Source: Meyerozyma guilliermondii | Lineage: Eukaryota | DNA length: 64,000 nt | Assembly: GCA_051546255.1 (NCBI GenBank) | Contig: CP128818.1 | Location: forward strand, 1,178,001-1,242,000 | Direction: 5' to 3' | Part shown: positions 10,840-21,380 of the stretch, in pieces | Layout of the letters: every line of letters starts with the position of its first letter | Numbering within the stretch: position 1 is the stretch's first letter | Program-made: the position numbers and the translations under genes | The notes under the pieces: model-generated | Database searches by the model: none | What the model was told of the DNA's origin: nothing | What the model saw: only the letters and a program-made list of their open reading frames with translations

Positions 10840-11562
10840 ATGAAGTTTTCTACCGCTGTTACCGCCGCTGCCGTCGCTGCTCCAGCCTTGGCTGCTTACA
10901 CCAATGGAACCTCCACCGAGACTGATATCCAAACCACCGTGGTTACCATCACCTCTTGTTCCGACAACGCTTGTCACACCGAGGTTGCTACCACCGGTCT
11001 TACCACCGTTACTGAGAACGAGACTGTCTACACCACCTACTGTCCATTGACTGAGGAGCCAACCAAGACTGAGACCGATGTCGTCGGTACCACCGTGGTT
11101 ACCATCACTTCTTGTGCTGACAACAAGTGCCACACCGAGGTTGCTACCACCGGTGTCACCACTGTCACCGAGAACGACACTGTCTACACCACCTACTGCC
11201 CACTTACCGAGGCTACCCCAGCTACCAAGGCCCCAGCTACCGAGGCTACTCCAGCTACCCCAGCCACTGAGGCCCCAGCTGCCACCGAGGCTACCCCAGC
11301 TGCTCCAGCTGTTCCAGCTTCCGAGGCTCCAGCTTCTGCTCCAGCCACTGAGGCCGCTCCAACCACCGCTGCCCCAGCTGCCACTGAGGCTCCATCCACC
11401 GTTGCTGGTGAATCGGTTGCTGCTACCCCATCTACCGTTGCTGCTGAGTCTTCTGCTGCTTCGACTGTTGCTGCTGTCTCTACCGCCGAGAACGCTGGTA
11501 ACTCCAACGCCGTGCCAGCTGTTGCTGCCGGTTTGTTGGCCGTTTTGTCTTTCTTCTACTAA
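10840..11562 (+). CDS. GPI-anchored cell-wall protein with flocculin type-3 repeats (Pga59/Pga62/Ccw12-like)
   Basis: Signal peptide; two TTVVTITSC.DN.C...TVYTTYCPLTE repeats; Ala/Pro/Thr stalk; hydrophobic C-terminal GPI signal; strong codon bias; TATATAAA at ~10785. Confidence 0.88.
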   Translation: MKFSTAVTAAAVAAPALAAYTNGTSTETDIQTTVVTITSCSDNACHTEVATTGLTTVTENETVYTTYCPLTEEPTKTETDVVGTTVVTITSCADNKCHTEVATTGVTTVTENDTVYTTYCPLTEATPATKAPATEATPATPATEAPAATEATPAAPAVPASEAPASAPATEAAPTTAAPAATEAPSTVAGESVAATPSTVAAESSAASTVAAVSTAENAGNSNAVPAVAAGLLAVLSFFY

Positions 11563-11705
11563 GCAGTTGAAATGTAGCTTGCACGGCTCTTCAACTTGGA
11601 TTTTTATAGGTTCGTTAGCTAAAATGGTTTATTAAACTTCGGTTTTCGGTTTAAATATAATGGATTAAAATACAAATACCCAACTAGATTTTAGTACGAT
11701 ACATT

Positions 11706-13835
11706 TTAAATGACAATATCCTCCCCAAGGTGTATCTCCTGTACGGCCCCAAAGTCCTGGCGCAAGTGCCGAGCTCCCATCTCTTTGACACCATACGCTT
11801 TCAAACTCTCTACTTCGGCATCGTCGCCATAAACTTCCACAATTATATCTCGAATGGGCACTTCCATGTTCACGAGACTTCGAGGCATATGGATGTGGTT
11901 AACATCACCAATGAGATTCGCTTCTTTGACCTTGATAAACTTTCGAGCATACTTGTTTTCTAGTTCATCTCTGAGAAATTTGAGCCGAGAAGCATATTTT
12001 TGCACCTTGTCGAAATCCTTGGAATATCTTGGTTTCACATAGATAGACACAGTCGAGGCTCCATTTGAGTGGAGCACCAAATCAGTGAGTAACACCGAAT
12101 CGAAAAGTCGGATTCCAATACTGCAATGTGCTCCGCATTGCCAGGAATTTCCATCGTCAACCAAGACGGAATTGGCATTGAATTTCCAATTCGAGGGAGC
12201 AGATGGACCATTTAAATAATCGTACCATCCGAGAAATACTCGCCGGGCTAACAGCTTTTGACTTTCGGTTCCTGCCGATGTCAAAAAACCCAAGATTCTT
12301 GAACCTAATTGGTAGTCGGCGTAGTTTACCGACTTGGAGCTTTTGGCAAATACATCTAGAATGCTCTCCAACATTACTCCATCCGCAGCTACATTGAGGG
12401 ACGTAGAATTGGCCGCCAAAGTATCGACGAGTCCATTGAACTTGTCCCATATTATCTGGTTATTGTCGGTGAGCCTTTTGTAAATAGTTTCTTCCAAAAC
12501 TTCTTTGGTGACAGCATTTGACTTTTTGAGAGCACTGGTAATGTAGGCGTTGAGTTCTGACAGATGGGAATCGAGAAAACTGGACCATGTCTGGTTACCT
12601 TTTTGTTGGTGATAATTGTCGATAAAAGCAAGCAAGTACCGGTGGAATTCCGGTGCAAAATGGATCTTGTTGTCTTGAATGTATGCTGGCACTTTTTCGG
12701 GTAGCTTGTTAATGAAATCAGACACAAGCAGGTTCTTGGCTCCTTCAAACGTATCGTACATGTTGGTGATTTTCTGTAATTTTTCGTCCAATTCCGCTAG
12801 GTTTGAGTCCGTGGTGTCGATATTCCGCTGGCGAACGTTTTCCTTGAGCTGTTCCACTTCAGACTGAAGCGTACTCCATGGCTGAGCTTGAAGTCTGCGA
12901 TCGAGATCGTCAAACTTGGTACTGATATACTCAAATTTCGAGGCAATATTGAGGCTGTGGTCGTCCAAGCTGGCCTGGAGCTGATCATGTCTTCGTGACA
13001 AGTCGCCTAGACGTCGCTGGAGAACCGTAAAACGTGGATTCGAGTCTTGACTGTCCAATCGATCGTGTCTTGTAGTGACAAATAACGGTATAAAAACGAC
13101 AAGCAACAACAAACCACAAACCGCACCAATTATTTGAAGTATTCTCGTCCTGTTATCCCTCGACTTGAAGATTTTGGGCTCGTCAACCCGCTCTACGGTG
13201 GGATCTTCAACATTAGTGAGTTCCAGATCAAGAGACCAGGCATCGGAATCAGACTCAGAGTAAACATAGTCCTCGTCAGATTCCGAGTCGTAGTCGTAGG
13301 ATCTTGAATGAGACGAATTTCCACGGTTTTGGCTGGTTTTCCTTGAGTTTTCGTCGAAATAAGCTTTCTCTCTTCTGGCACGAAACCTGTTTTTCAAGTT
13401 GTTATACCTTTTTCCGGCTTTATTTCCACTCACATCTTCGCTTAGATCGCTCACATCGTCGCTGAATTCTCCATCGTCAATTTCAGGATCATTATTCACT
13501 TCATTGGCTCCTTCATTGTAGTCGTCATCTTCGTCATCGTCATCTTCTTCTTCACCATTGTAGACGTAATGGGCACTTTTGACGCCTGTTTGACCACCCA
13601 ATTCCTTGTCGCTGTTCCGGTCTTCGTTTTCCCTCAACGAGATGCTTCCGCTTTCCTGGAACCGGCGAAACATGGTATTTATATCATCTTCGGCGCGTTG
13701 AAAATTATTGCCAGAACGCCTATTTTCGATGGTAGAACGAGGTAGGGGGTTTGCTTTGCCTACGAACGCATTCAAGTGTATAGAAGCATCGTCGTCAGTA
13801 TCCCCTGTGACTAAGGGCACCTTTGGAAACGACAT
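11706..13835 (-). CDS. MPS3: SUN-domain nuclear envelope/spindle pole body protein
   Basis: Acidic N-terminus, single TM segment, coiled coil, then VNYADYQLGSRILGFLTS opening a SUN-like domain; ACGCGT (MCB) just upstream. Confidence 0.75.
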   Translation of the reverse strand: MSFPKVPLVTGDTDDDASIHLNAFVGKANPLPRSTIENRRSGNNFQRAEDDINTMFRRFQESGSISLRENEDRNSDKELGGQTGVKSAHYVYNGEEEDDDDEDDDYNEGANEVNNDPEIDDGEFSDDVSDLSEDVSGNKAGKRYNNLKNRFRARREKAYFDENSRKTSQNRGNSSHSRSYDYDSESDEDYVYSESDSDAWSLDLELTNVEDPTVERVDEPKIFKSRDNRTRILQIIGAVCGLLLLVVFIPLFVTTRHDRLDSQDSNPRFTVLQRRLGDLSRRHDQLQASLDDHSLNIASKFEYISTKFDDLDRRLQAQPWSTLQSEVEQLKENVRQRNIDTTDSNLAELDEKLQKITNMYDTFEGAKNLLVSDFINKLPEKVPAYIQDNKIHFAPEFHRYLLAFIDNYHQQKGNQTWSSFLDSHLSELNAYITSALKKSNAVTKEVLEETIYKRLTDNNQIIWDKFNGLVDTLAANSTSLNVAADGVMLESILDVFAKSSKSVNYADYQLGSRILGFLTSAGTESQKLLARRVFLGWYDYLNGPSAPSNWKFNANSVLVDDGNSWQCGAHCSIGIRLFDSVLLTDLVLHSNGASTVSIYVKPRYSKDFDKVQKYASRLKFLRDELENKYARKFIKVKEANLIGDVNHIHMPRSLVNMEVPIRDIIVEVYGDDAEVESLKAYGVKEMGARHLRQDFGAVQEIHLGEDIVI

Positions 13836-13889
13836 ACGCGTGGTGAGATGAGAAAGAGCGCGCGGTAACGAGAGGACTGTGGAAAGTGA

Positions 13890-14905
13890 GTGCGAACATA
13901 GTGAGAATAGTGAGGATAGCGAGAATAGCGAGAGGAATGTGGCAGCTTTAATGGAGCAGTAACGAGATGTATAAAAGAAGTATGATGCTCTGACTAGCCT
14001 TTAAAGCCTTGGAGAGCAAATAATTTGCAGGCAAAGAAGAGCGACTTGGACAATATGAGCAATTAGTCTAGTGAGTTAAGAAATGAATAGCGGTAACGGC
14101 TAGCGAGAGCGCGACTAATAGTGAAAAATAGCGAGCTTTCAGCCGATGAGCAGTAAATGTATAGGAGCAAATTACCACTATAAAAGGTATTTAAGAACGA
14201 GAGAGAGCAGTTTATGTCTCTAGGAGGTAAACCATAGCGAAGTAAGTTAATAATGTGAGCAATTAGACGAATGATTTAGGAAAGGAATAGCGGTAGTGAT
14301 TAGTGAGATGTCGCAAAAAATAGCGAAAAATAGCGAGCATTCGGCGGGAGAAAATTGAGCAATTAATGAGTAATTGATGAATGAGAGCAAATTGCTGCCT
14401 CAACAAGCACTTTGAAGCAATTGAGAGCAGATTTTCTTCTCTATAAGGTAAACCGTAGCGAACTGGTGAGTAATATGAGCAATTAAACCAATGGGATTGG
14501 AAATAAATGGCGGTAGCCATTAGGGAGAAGTCGCGATAATTAGCAACAGGTTCAAGAAAATAGCGAGCAAATAGTGGTGATAACGAAGCATTTTGAGCAA
14601 CTAATAGGAGCTAATTTCTGCTCTTGGAGGTAGTCAAAAGCGATAGGGAGCACATTTTATCTCTACAAGGTAAACCATTGCGAGCTAGGTAATTAAGATG
14701 AGCAATTAAACTAAAGAGTTGGGAAATTAATTGCAGCGACTGCCGCGACTATTAGCGAAAAATAGAGAGGGTTAGCGGTGAGAGCCACTGAGCATTAATT
14801 GGTAAAAAGGAGCAAATTAGTTCTATTACAGGCATTTAAAAGCGACAGGGAGCATATTATATTTACGAAAAGTAAACCATAGCGATCTAGTGTATAATGT
14901 GAGCT
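13890..14905 (+). repeat. Degenerate tandem array, ~200-222 bp period, about 4.5 units
   Basis: Anchor (A)GGTAAACC(A/G)T(A/T)GCGA at 14225, 14446, 14668 and 14870 (variant), each followed by TAA(T/G)(A/G)TGAGC; many GAGCA and TAGCGA sub-motifs. Confidence 0.8.
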
Positions 14906-14946
14906 TCAACGTCGTCTACAAGCACAAACTAGAAATCATTCATTAC

Positions 14947-15468
14947 TTAGAGCTTACCCAAAATGTTCTCGGCAGTAGCAATGTCAGTCAAGCTACCGCC
15001 GTTTTCAGCCTTCAAATATTCAGTCTTACCGTCCTTGACAATAGCAGCGTAACGACCGGTTCTAAGTCCGAAACCAGCACCAGTCAAGTCAGCAAGGTAC
15101 TCGTCACCCAATTCCTTGGACAAAGCTGCGTTAGGGTCGGTTGCGAAAACCACATAGTTTTCTTCGTCCTTGTAGCCCAATGCCTTACCCCAGGCAGCAT
15201 TGACAAATGGATCGTTGGCGGTGAGGATGATGATTTTGTCGACTCCCTTCTGCTTGAACTCGTCGATTTTTTTCAAGTAGCCCGGAACGTGCTGCTCGGT
15301 ACAAGTAGGGGTGAAAGCACCGGGAGCAGAGGTCAACACAATGGTTTTACCAGGGAAAAGTTTGGCTAAATCCAAAGCAATTGGGTTGGCGCAGGCGGCA
15401 ATATCGTCAGCAGCCTTTGAGTATGGAACATACTTGAGCTTGACGTCGGTTGGGAAAGATTGGGACAT
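14947..15468 (-). CDS. AHP1: Prx5-type peroxiredoxin
   Basis: APGAFTPTCTEQHVP and ANDPFVNAAWG motifs; ATG at 15468; C-terminal GKL (PTS1-like). Confidence 0.92.
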   Translation of the reverse strand: MSQSFPTDVKLKYVPYSKAADDIAACANPIALDLAKLFPGKTIVLTSAPGAFTPTCTEQHVPGYLKKIDEFKQKGVDKIIILTANDPFVNAAWGKALGYKDEENYVVFATDPNAALSKELGDEYLADLTGAGFGLRTGRYAAIVKDGKTEYLKAENGGSLTDIATAENILGKL

Positions 15469-15569
15469 TGCAATTGAGTGTTCAGAATAAGATTCAAGAA
15501 GAATTGATCTTTGGTTGTCTAACAAGGGATGTTGCTGGAGAATTTATAGTGCGCACAATCGTGGGGTTA

Positions 15570-15576
15570 TTACTAA
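15570..15576. promoter_or_regulatory. Yap1/Cap1 response element upstream of AHP1
   Basis: TTACTAA ~100 bp upstream of the ATG; TATA-like CTATAAAT on the minus strand near 15545; TGAGTAA variant near 15692. Confidence 0.6.
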
Positions 15577-15764
15577 GGTCCGTGCCGGACTTAGATAATA
15601 GGTAAGCGTGCGACCATCTAGATCTCAGTGATTAGACGACTGCGCTTTGTAATTATGCTTCGACCACAATAGACGCCGGGAGAGAGTCTGCTGAGTAAAG
15701 CCAATTGGTCTTAAAGAAAACGAATTTGGTCTCGAACGATCTAAATGACGTTCGCGTCTTTTCA

Positions 15765-16025
15765 TCACTAATAGTTCTCACTAATAGTTCCGATGTTCTC
15801 ACTAATTCTCGCTCGTAGCTCTCGCTAGTGGTTCTCGCTAGTGGTTCTCGCTAGTTCTCACTAATAGTTCTCGCTAGTGGTTCTCACGAAAAGTTCTCAC
15901 TGTTCTCACTACTTTTCGCTAATAGTTTTCACCGTTCTCACTAATTCTCACTAGTCTCACCCTTACTAGTTTTCACTAGTTCTCGCTAATAGTTTTCACT
16001 AGTTGTCATTAGTTCTCATTTCTCC
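15765..16025. repeat. Low-complexity minisatellite (GTTCTCRCTA-type, 9-13 bp units)
   Basis: e.g. ctctcgctagtggttctcgctagtggttctcgctagttctcactaatagttctcgctagtggttctcac. Confidence 0.85.
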
Positions 16026-16033
16026 CAATTCTC

Positions 16034-16738
16034 TCACGTCAATACAGCTCTTGCACCCGCCGAAGCAGCCGACCCCACTGTAGCACCAATATATGCTCCC
16101 GTAAGCAACGTGATGGGCCACTGCTGCCAGTCTCGGTCCCAGTCTAGCGGAATGGGAAACACACCCACCCAGGTACCGAGAACCGCGCCAACTATACTCA
16201 ACAAAATTGGATTTTTTAAAATTACAGAGGTGCCATTGGCGGCAGTTATCACCGAAAAAATGGTATCTCTTTCAAACCGGTAGAACACCAACATAGGAAA
16301 CAACACCAAAACCGAAAAGTGACCCGCAAAGAGTGCCGTTTCCGTAATATGACTAGATAATGGTGCTCCCATCAAAATCATCACCACAAATACTGGAAGA
16401 GTCGCGGCGTACGCGATTACCATGGCTCCACTAACAAGTAGCGGCACGTTTTCCGACTTGATTTTCTTCTTGGAGCTGGCCAATTCTGTGTTCACCGCCA
16501 CCAAGTACCCGTACACCAACTGCAAAACCGTCAAAGTGGCCAATCCTTTCGATAAAACTGGTTTTACGTTTTGGGTAAGGCCACCGGAATACATTCCCAA
16601 AAGCACAAGGAGCCCATGTATCGGAAACGAGGCAACTCCCAGCTTGAGCGCGTACTTTTCTACGTACGGGGGAGGAGTTTTGGGGTTTGAATCGTCGTCT
16701 AGCGCGTTGAAAGAGACGCTTTTTTTAGTCCTGGGCAT
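16034..16738 (-). CDS. GPI11: GPI ethanolamine-phosphate transferase subunit (PIG-F)
   Basis: LMGAPL and PIPLDWDRDWQQWP motifs, multiple TM segments; probable ATG at 16738 (MPRTKK). Confidence 0.9.
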   Translation of the reverse strand: MPRTKKSVSFNALDDDSNPKTPPPYVEKYALKLGVASFPIHGLLVLLGMYSGGLTQNVKPVLSKGLATLTVLQLVYGYLVAVNTELASSKKKIKSENVPLLVSGAMVIAYAATLPVFVVMILMGAPLSSHITETALFAGHFSVLVLFPMLVFYRFERDTIFSVITAANGTSVILKNPILLSIVGAVLGTWVGVFPIPLDWDRDWQQWPITLLTGAYIGATVGSAASAGARAVLT

Positions 16739-16935
16739 GGTGAGAGTGAATTCGCGATCAAATTTCGCGACTTTGCGAAGAAATCGCGGTGGCTCGCTGC
16801 GAAAATAAAAATTGACCTGCCAAAATTGCAGTGCGATAAACGGCTGCGAAAGTTCAGTACTCATTTAATTTACATCTAATGATATAAGTATACTACACTA
16901 TCTTTCTCTACTGCTTCACTCCTTCCTCATTCCAC

Positions 16936-19900
16936 TCACATAATCTTGAGTACATTTTCAAACTCAATGAGGTCTTTCCAAATTTCCTGGTATACGCCCT
17001 TCGAGCTCACCTTTTGTGCAATGGTTTGTTTTCTGTCTTCATTAAGTTTAGCATACCTCTTGATCACCTGGTGGTCCAAAATAGGCTTGACGCCTGTCTG
17101 GGAGTCATCAAAGGCCTCTCCGCCAAATCGGTTCAATCTAGGATTGAGTCCACAGTAATGGTATTCTTTGTCGGTGAGCTGCTGCTGAATAATGTACATC
17201 CGACGGTAAGTAAACTCGTTGACGGGGAAAACTGTAAAGAAAGAACCATCAATGGTGGATCCAACGGTCTGGAATACATCGGAGTATTGGGTGTTGATTT
17301 CCTCGTTTTTGGGCACCATTCTCATACATGTGGTGGACGAGCTCACGTTGAACGAAGCTCGATGTACCAACCTCTGACCATTTGACGAGGTGGGGTCTTC
17401 AGGATCAAACTGGACAAGGTGCATCACATTGTTGTTTCCAGCAATCAAAATGTAGATTTCTTCGTCTTTGGAAATGAATTCGGCACAACTGACATCGACA
17501 GATTGAAGATCTTTACCGAGCATTATCATCCGGAACGGTTCAGCGTCGAAACCCGCGAGCCAAACACTCTTGAGGGTGTCACCGAGGATCACCAAGTTAC
17601 CAAAACTCTTCGCTTCGGAAACGTAAACCGAAGTATCCAAAAATGCCACTGGAACTACTCCATCGTCTTGCACATCTCTCACAATTATCTTCTGACCTTG
17701 AGCCACCAAAAAACGACCACTGACCTCACACATCGACGTCACAGCTCCCTTGGTGTCTTCGGTATTGTATTCCTTAAACTTGTGGTTTGTTTCTGGTTTT
17801 CCAGGCTCAGGAATAATGTCGATAATTTCGTAGATTTTGAACGCACCATTGGCACCAAGATCCTCCATTCTATATCTCCCCGTACCAACCACAAGGAGCT
17901 CCTTGCGATGCTTGAAGCGCTTCGTGGAAGATCCTATATCGAGCACCATCGACTTCACAGTCATGGCTATTTCATTATCTCGCAACTCCACCGTCTCAAT
18001 GACAGTCCAGTTGTATGGCGAGATGAGCTTGAGTGAACCTTTATACGAGTTTGCACTGGGCTTATCTTTCTTAAGACCAGCAATGGGGTTCCCTTCTTCA
18101 TCGAGAGCATTGTAGGGAATCTCACGGTACGTGGAAACAACATAAGTGTTGGAAAGTTCGTGGTAAGTCACCGACTTTACAGTTTCACCAATGGGAACTT
18201 TTTTGACTGGTAAATTGTTGTCGTAGTTGAAGTCTCTGGGCAACTCACAAATACGAGCGTTCTTGGCATTATCCAAAAAGATGAGTCCGTTGCTAACTTT
18301 TGAATCGGAAAATGAAGCAAATGACTGCGCTGCTATCTTGGTGAACTTGAATATTCTTGGAATTGAGTGTCTCGTACGAGTAATAAAGTACGGAACAACT
18401 CCAGTGACAAAGATACTCGAGAAACCACTGACGAGCGGAATGTATACCAATCGACGTTCGATACTTGTACCCGCCGGATAAGCATTGTCTGGAGCACCAG
18501 TAATAAGCAAATCTTTTTCTTTTTTCAATTTGAAGTTCAGTCCATCAAAGAACAACTTGTACATGTAGATCTCACCTCCCACCGTCAATATGGTCAAGTA
18601 TTCTTCCTTGGAGTATTGGTCACCGATTTCGTTGAAAACTATCTGCTTGATAAACGGATCTGGATAAGTGTCTCGGGGCTCAAAGAACCCCAAATTGAGC
18701 TCATCGGAAAACTTGTCCACATCGTTCAATTGATAGCATCGTTCATTATGGTCGCGGCCAAATGCTACCACTCGATTGTCACCTGTTACCAATACAAACA
18801 TTTTCAGAAGTGGGCCGAGATCTTTCTCTTGCTTTTCTTCTCCGGCAACACGACCACCGTGCTTTCTTTTAGTGCCTTTAATTAGCAAATTACTGTCTTT
18901 TGTGACAGCGTTGAGCAAGCGGGAATTTGTCACATAACCTGTGGTGATAATGGTGTCTGATAAAATCTGAGGAATGTTGATCTTGGTCAAGCTTTCCGTA
19001 TGGGTGTTAACAGAGTATATCAATACCTCACCACTGGCAAAAAATATCATCAAATAATCATCGTGAACCGTACTGCTGATAATCTGGTCTTCTTTCATGG
19101 CGTCTTTCAACTCGTCTTCGAAAGACATGTGCCGTTTGAATTTGCTGTTGAAGACCTCGATATGTTTCGGCGTAATCTGCAAAATGTACTTGCCGTTGTT
19201 CAACTCGTGCATGGCTATCGTCATTTCGTCGTTGATAAAATCCTTGGATTTCAAACGAGAGTACGATTTTTCAATCTGGAAAATTTCCGATTTCAGGTTG
19301 ACATCGTCAGAAGTTATCAAGTACTTGTTATTGATGTTCCACATTCGATTGACCTGAGAGAATGTAAGCGAAGACCGAATGATTGGTTGCACGCTGGGAG
19401 CAAAAATGTTCAAGCAACTTTGCTTGTGGGAGCCTCCATTGCTGACTATGCAAACATCATTAAGATTTGGGTTGATAAGATTGGCCTTAAACTTTTCAGT
19501 GGAGTACTTTCCCAAGGTGAAATCAGACACAGGGCCATGATTTATGAGTTCGTCGTGCTTAAAGTACTTGATATCACCTTGTCTAATGACAATTTTTTCT
19601 CCTGCATTGTCGTCGTCGTACAATTCTTCGTCTCCATCCATATCTTCTTTACCATTGGATTGAACCTTTTCGGTAACCTCTTCGTTTCGCAAGTACTTGA
19701 CCTCCAAAAGCGGGCTATTTCCATTGTTGTTAGCAATGAAAAGCAAGTTAGAGTCGAGAAATGCTGGCTGGCCAGGATATGTCAAATCGACCGACGAATA
19801 GTGGGTTTCGAGAACTGGTTCCAAAGCAAACCTTTTGATGGTTTTGATGTCAACGTCGAAATTTATGTGGAAGAGGGACCCCGTCAGAAGCGACAAGAGC

Positions 19901-20898
19901 ACACGGTTATCGTTGGGAAGTGGGATAACGGCACAGTTCTCCAACATGAGATTGAGGTCGGTTTGGTCGTGGTAGTTTTTGACCGACGCCGTGATGTCCT
20001 CGGTGTACTTGTTGACAGCCAAGCGTCGCACAATGCCTCCGTTGTCGACGTGGATTATCTCGTTGCAGCCTAGAAGAAGACAACCGTTGAGGGGATGCGA
20101 TAAGGGAACTAGTCTATCGATGTCAAAAGGCAAGTTTTCGATCTTGAGAACAGTAGTGGTGGCCTTAGTCGCAAGATCTATGGTCATGACATGGTAGGTG
20201 ATGTTGTCTTTCACTTTCGGGAGCAAACCAGTCCAAGTGGCAGCCTTCAGCGACAAAATAGCCACTGTAGGTTCTCGGTAATTGTGGAGAAATTGCATGT
20301 CCACGATGGTTCCAATTGAAGGTTCGAGGGTCTGGGCATCCACCATGAAACTGGATCCGAAAACCTCAGAGTCAAATCCAGGAACATACTTTTGTTTTTT
20401 CGTTTCCCCCTCGTCGTCCATGTCATCATCGTCGTCATCTGGAGTGGAAAAAGGAAGAAAAGTTAGCAAGTTTTTGAACCGCACACAGAAACACGAGTAT
20501 CTATTGGGTTCCACGATCAACTCGGTCTCGTCTAGTGTTTCGTAAGTGGCAGCTTGGATCGATTTTTCGTAATAATGTAACGACTCGGTGGCTATGGAAT
20601 GTGTTTGGTGGTCCCATCGTATCATAGAAACTTTAGCGGCCTTCGTCGCCACCAATATATAGTCCAAGTCGGGTGAGTCGACTGTGCGGAACTTTTTGAG
20701 CGCCGTGACGGTGCCGTAGAGTTTGAATTGGTCGAGGAGACGAAGCTTGAAACCTCGTTTTGATGTCCCTGTAACCTCAAACACTTGCAATAACGACGTC
20801 TTGGCTACCACTAAATGCTTGGTAGTAGGGGAGATGAAATTGCAGCCCACGCAATGCGAGACCCTCGAGGGCTCGAGAAACTCGTAGTAGGCGTCCAT
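16936..20898 (-). CDS. CFT1: Cleavage/polyadenylation factor large subunit (CPSF160)
   Basis: SIATESLHYYE, FLHNYREPTVAIL, WLAGFDAEPFRM and HYCGLNPRLNR motifs; 1320 aa beta-propeller protein. Confidence 0.93.
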   Translation of the reverse strand: MDAYYEFLEPSRVSHCVGCNFISPTTKHLVVAKTSLLQVFEVTGTSKRGFKLRLLDQFKLYGTVTALKKFRTVDSPDLDYILVATKAAKVSMIRWDHQTHSIATESLHYYEKSIQAATYETLDETELIVEPNRYSCFCVRFKNLLTFLPFSTPDDDDDDMDDEGETKKQKYVPGFDSEVFGSSFMVDAQTLEPSIGTIVDMQFLHNYREPTVAILSLKAATWTGLLPKVKDNITYHVMTIDLATKATTTVLKIENLPFDIDRLVPLSHPLNGCLLLGCNEIIHVDNGGIVRRLAVNKYTEDITASVKNYHDQTDLNLMLENCAVIPLPNDNRVLLSLLTGSLFHINFDVDIKTIKRFALEPVLETHYSSVDLTYPGQPAFLDSNLLFIANNNGNSPLLEVKYLRNEEVTEKVQSNGKEDMDGDEELYDDDNAGEKIVIRQGDIKYFKHDELINHGPVSDFTLGKYSTEKFKANLINPNLNDVCIVSNGGSHKQSCLNIFAPSVQPIIRSSLTFSQVNRMWNINNKYLITSDDVNLKSEIFQIEKSYSRLKSKDFINDEMTIAMHELNNGKYILQITPKHIEVFNSKFKRHMSFEDELKDAMKEDQIISSTVHDDYLMIFFASGEVLIYSVNTHTESLTKINIPQILSDTIITTGYVTNSRLLNAVTKDSNLLIKGTKRKHGGRVAGEEKQEKDLGPLLKMFVLVTGDNRVVAFGRDHNERCYQLNDVDKFSDELNLGFFEPRDTYPDPFIKQIVFNEIGDQYSKEEYLTILTVGGEIYMYKLFFDGLNFKLKKEKDLLITGAPDNAYPAGTSIERRLVYIPLVSGFSSIFVTGVVPYFITRTRHSIPRIFKFTKIAAQSFASFSDSKVSNGLIFLDNAKNARICELPRDFNYDNNLPVKKVPIGETVKSVTYHELSNTYVVSTYREIPYNALDEEGNPIAGLKKDKPSANSYKGSLKLISPYNWTVIETVELRDNEIAMTVKSMVLDIGSSTKRFKHRKELLVVGTGRYRMEDLGANGAFKIYEIIDIIPEPGKPETNHKFKEYNTEDTKGAVTSMCEVSGRFLVAQGQKIIVRDVQDDGVVPVAFLDTSVYVSEAKSFGNLVILGDTLKSVWLAGFDAEPFRMIMLGKDLQSVDVSCAEFISKDEEIYILIAGNNNVMHLVQFDPEDPTSSNGQRLVHRASFNVSSSTTCMRMVPKNEEINTQYSDVFQTVGSTIDGSFFTVFPVNEFTYRRMYIIQQQLTDKEYHYCGLNPRLNRFGGEAFDDSQTGVKPILDHQVIKRYAKLNEDRKQTIAQKVSSKGVYQEIWKDLIEFENVLKIM

Positions 20899-21380
20899 TG
20901 GGGTGTTGTTGAAAAGAATAAAAGTTGGTGATTTTTCGCGCGCGAAAACAGTGCTGGGGTGCTAGCGAGGGACGATGAGGGGGGTGCACGAAGAGACAAG
21001 CAGGCTGGAAAAGGGGGGGTTGACATTGAAATTCTAGGCACTAAACTGCATGCGCTGAGTTGAATGGTGGTATTGGCGAAACAAAACCGTGTACTAGGCG
21101 CAATTTTGATGCTGGTACTGCCCGTTAGAGCCAACCCCCACATCGTGAGAGGAAAAAAGCGAAAAAGCTCGCGCACATGAGGCGAACACCCCACTGGACA
21201 GGATGGTAGGGAAGAATTTGAAGAGTGAACCAACTAAAGGATGAGAGTGAGTATGGACACTATTGAAGTCGGAGCGAGTAACATTTGTTAGCGCACCATA
21301 GCCAAAAAACCTCTTCCAAATAAGTTTTCTCTACAATTTTCCTATCAAATTAACATTACCGTAACTATACTACATTTTAA

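Noticed and set aside
13890..14905. CRISPR-like or centromeric interpretation of the tandem array
   Set aside because: Eukaryotic context with no cas genes; the inter-anchor DNA is homologous between units rather than unique spacers; ~1 kb between two genes is short for a regional centromere
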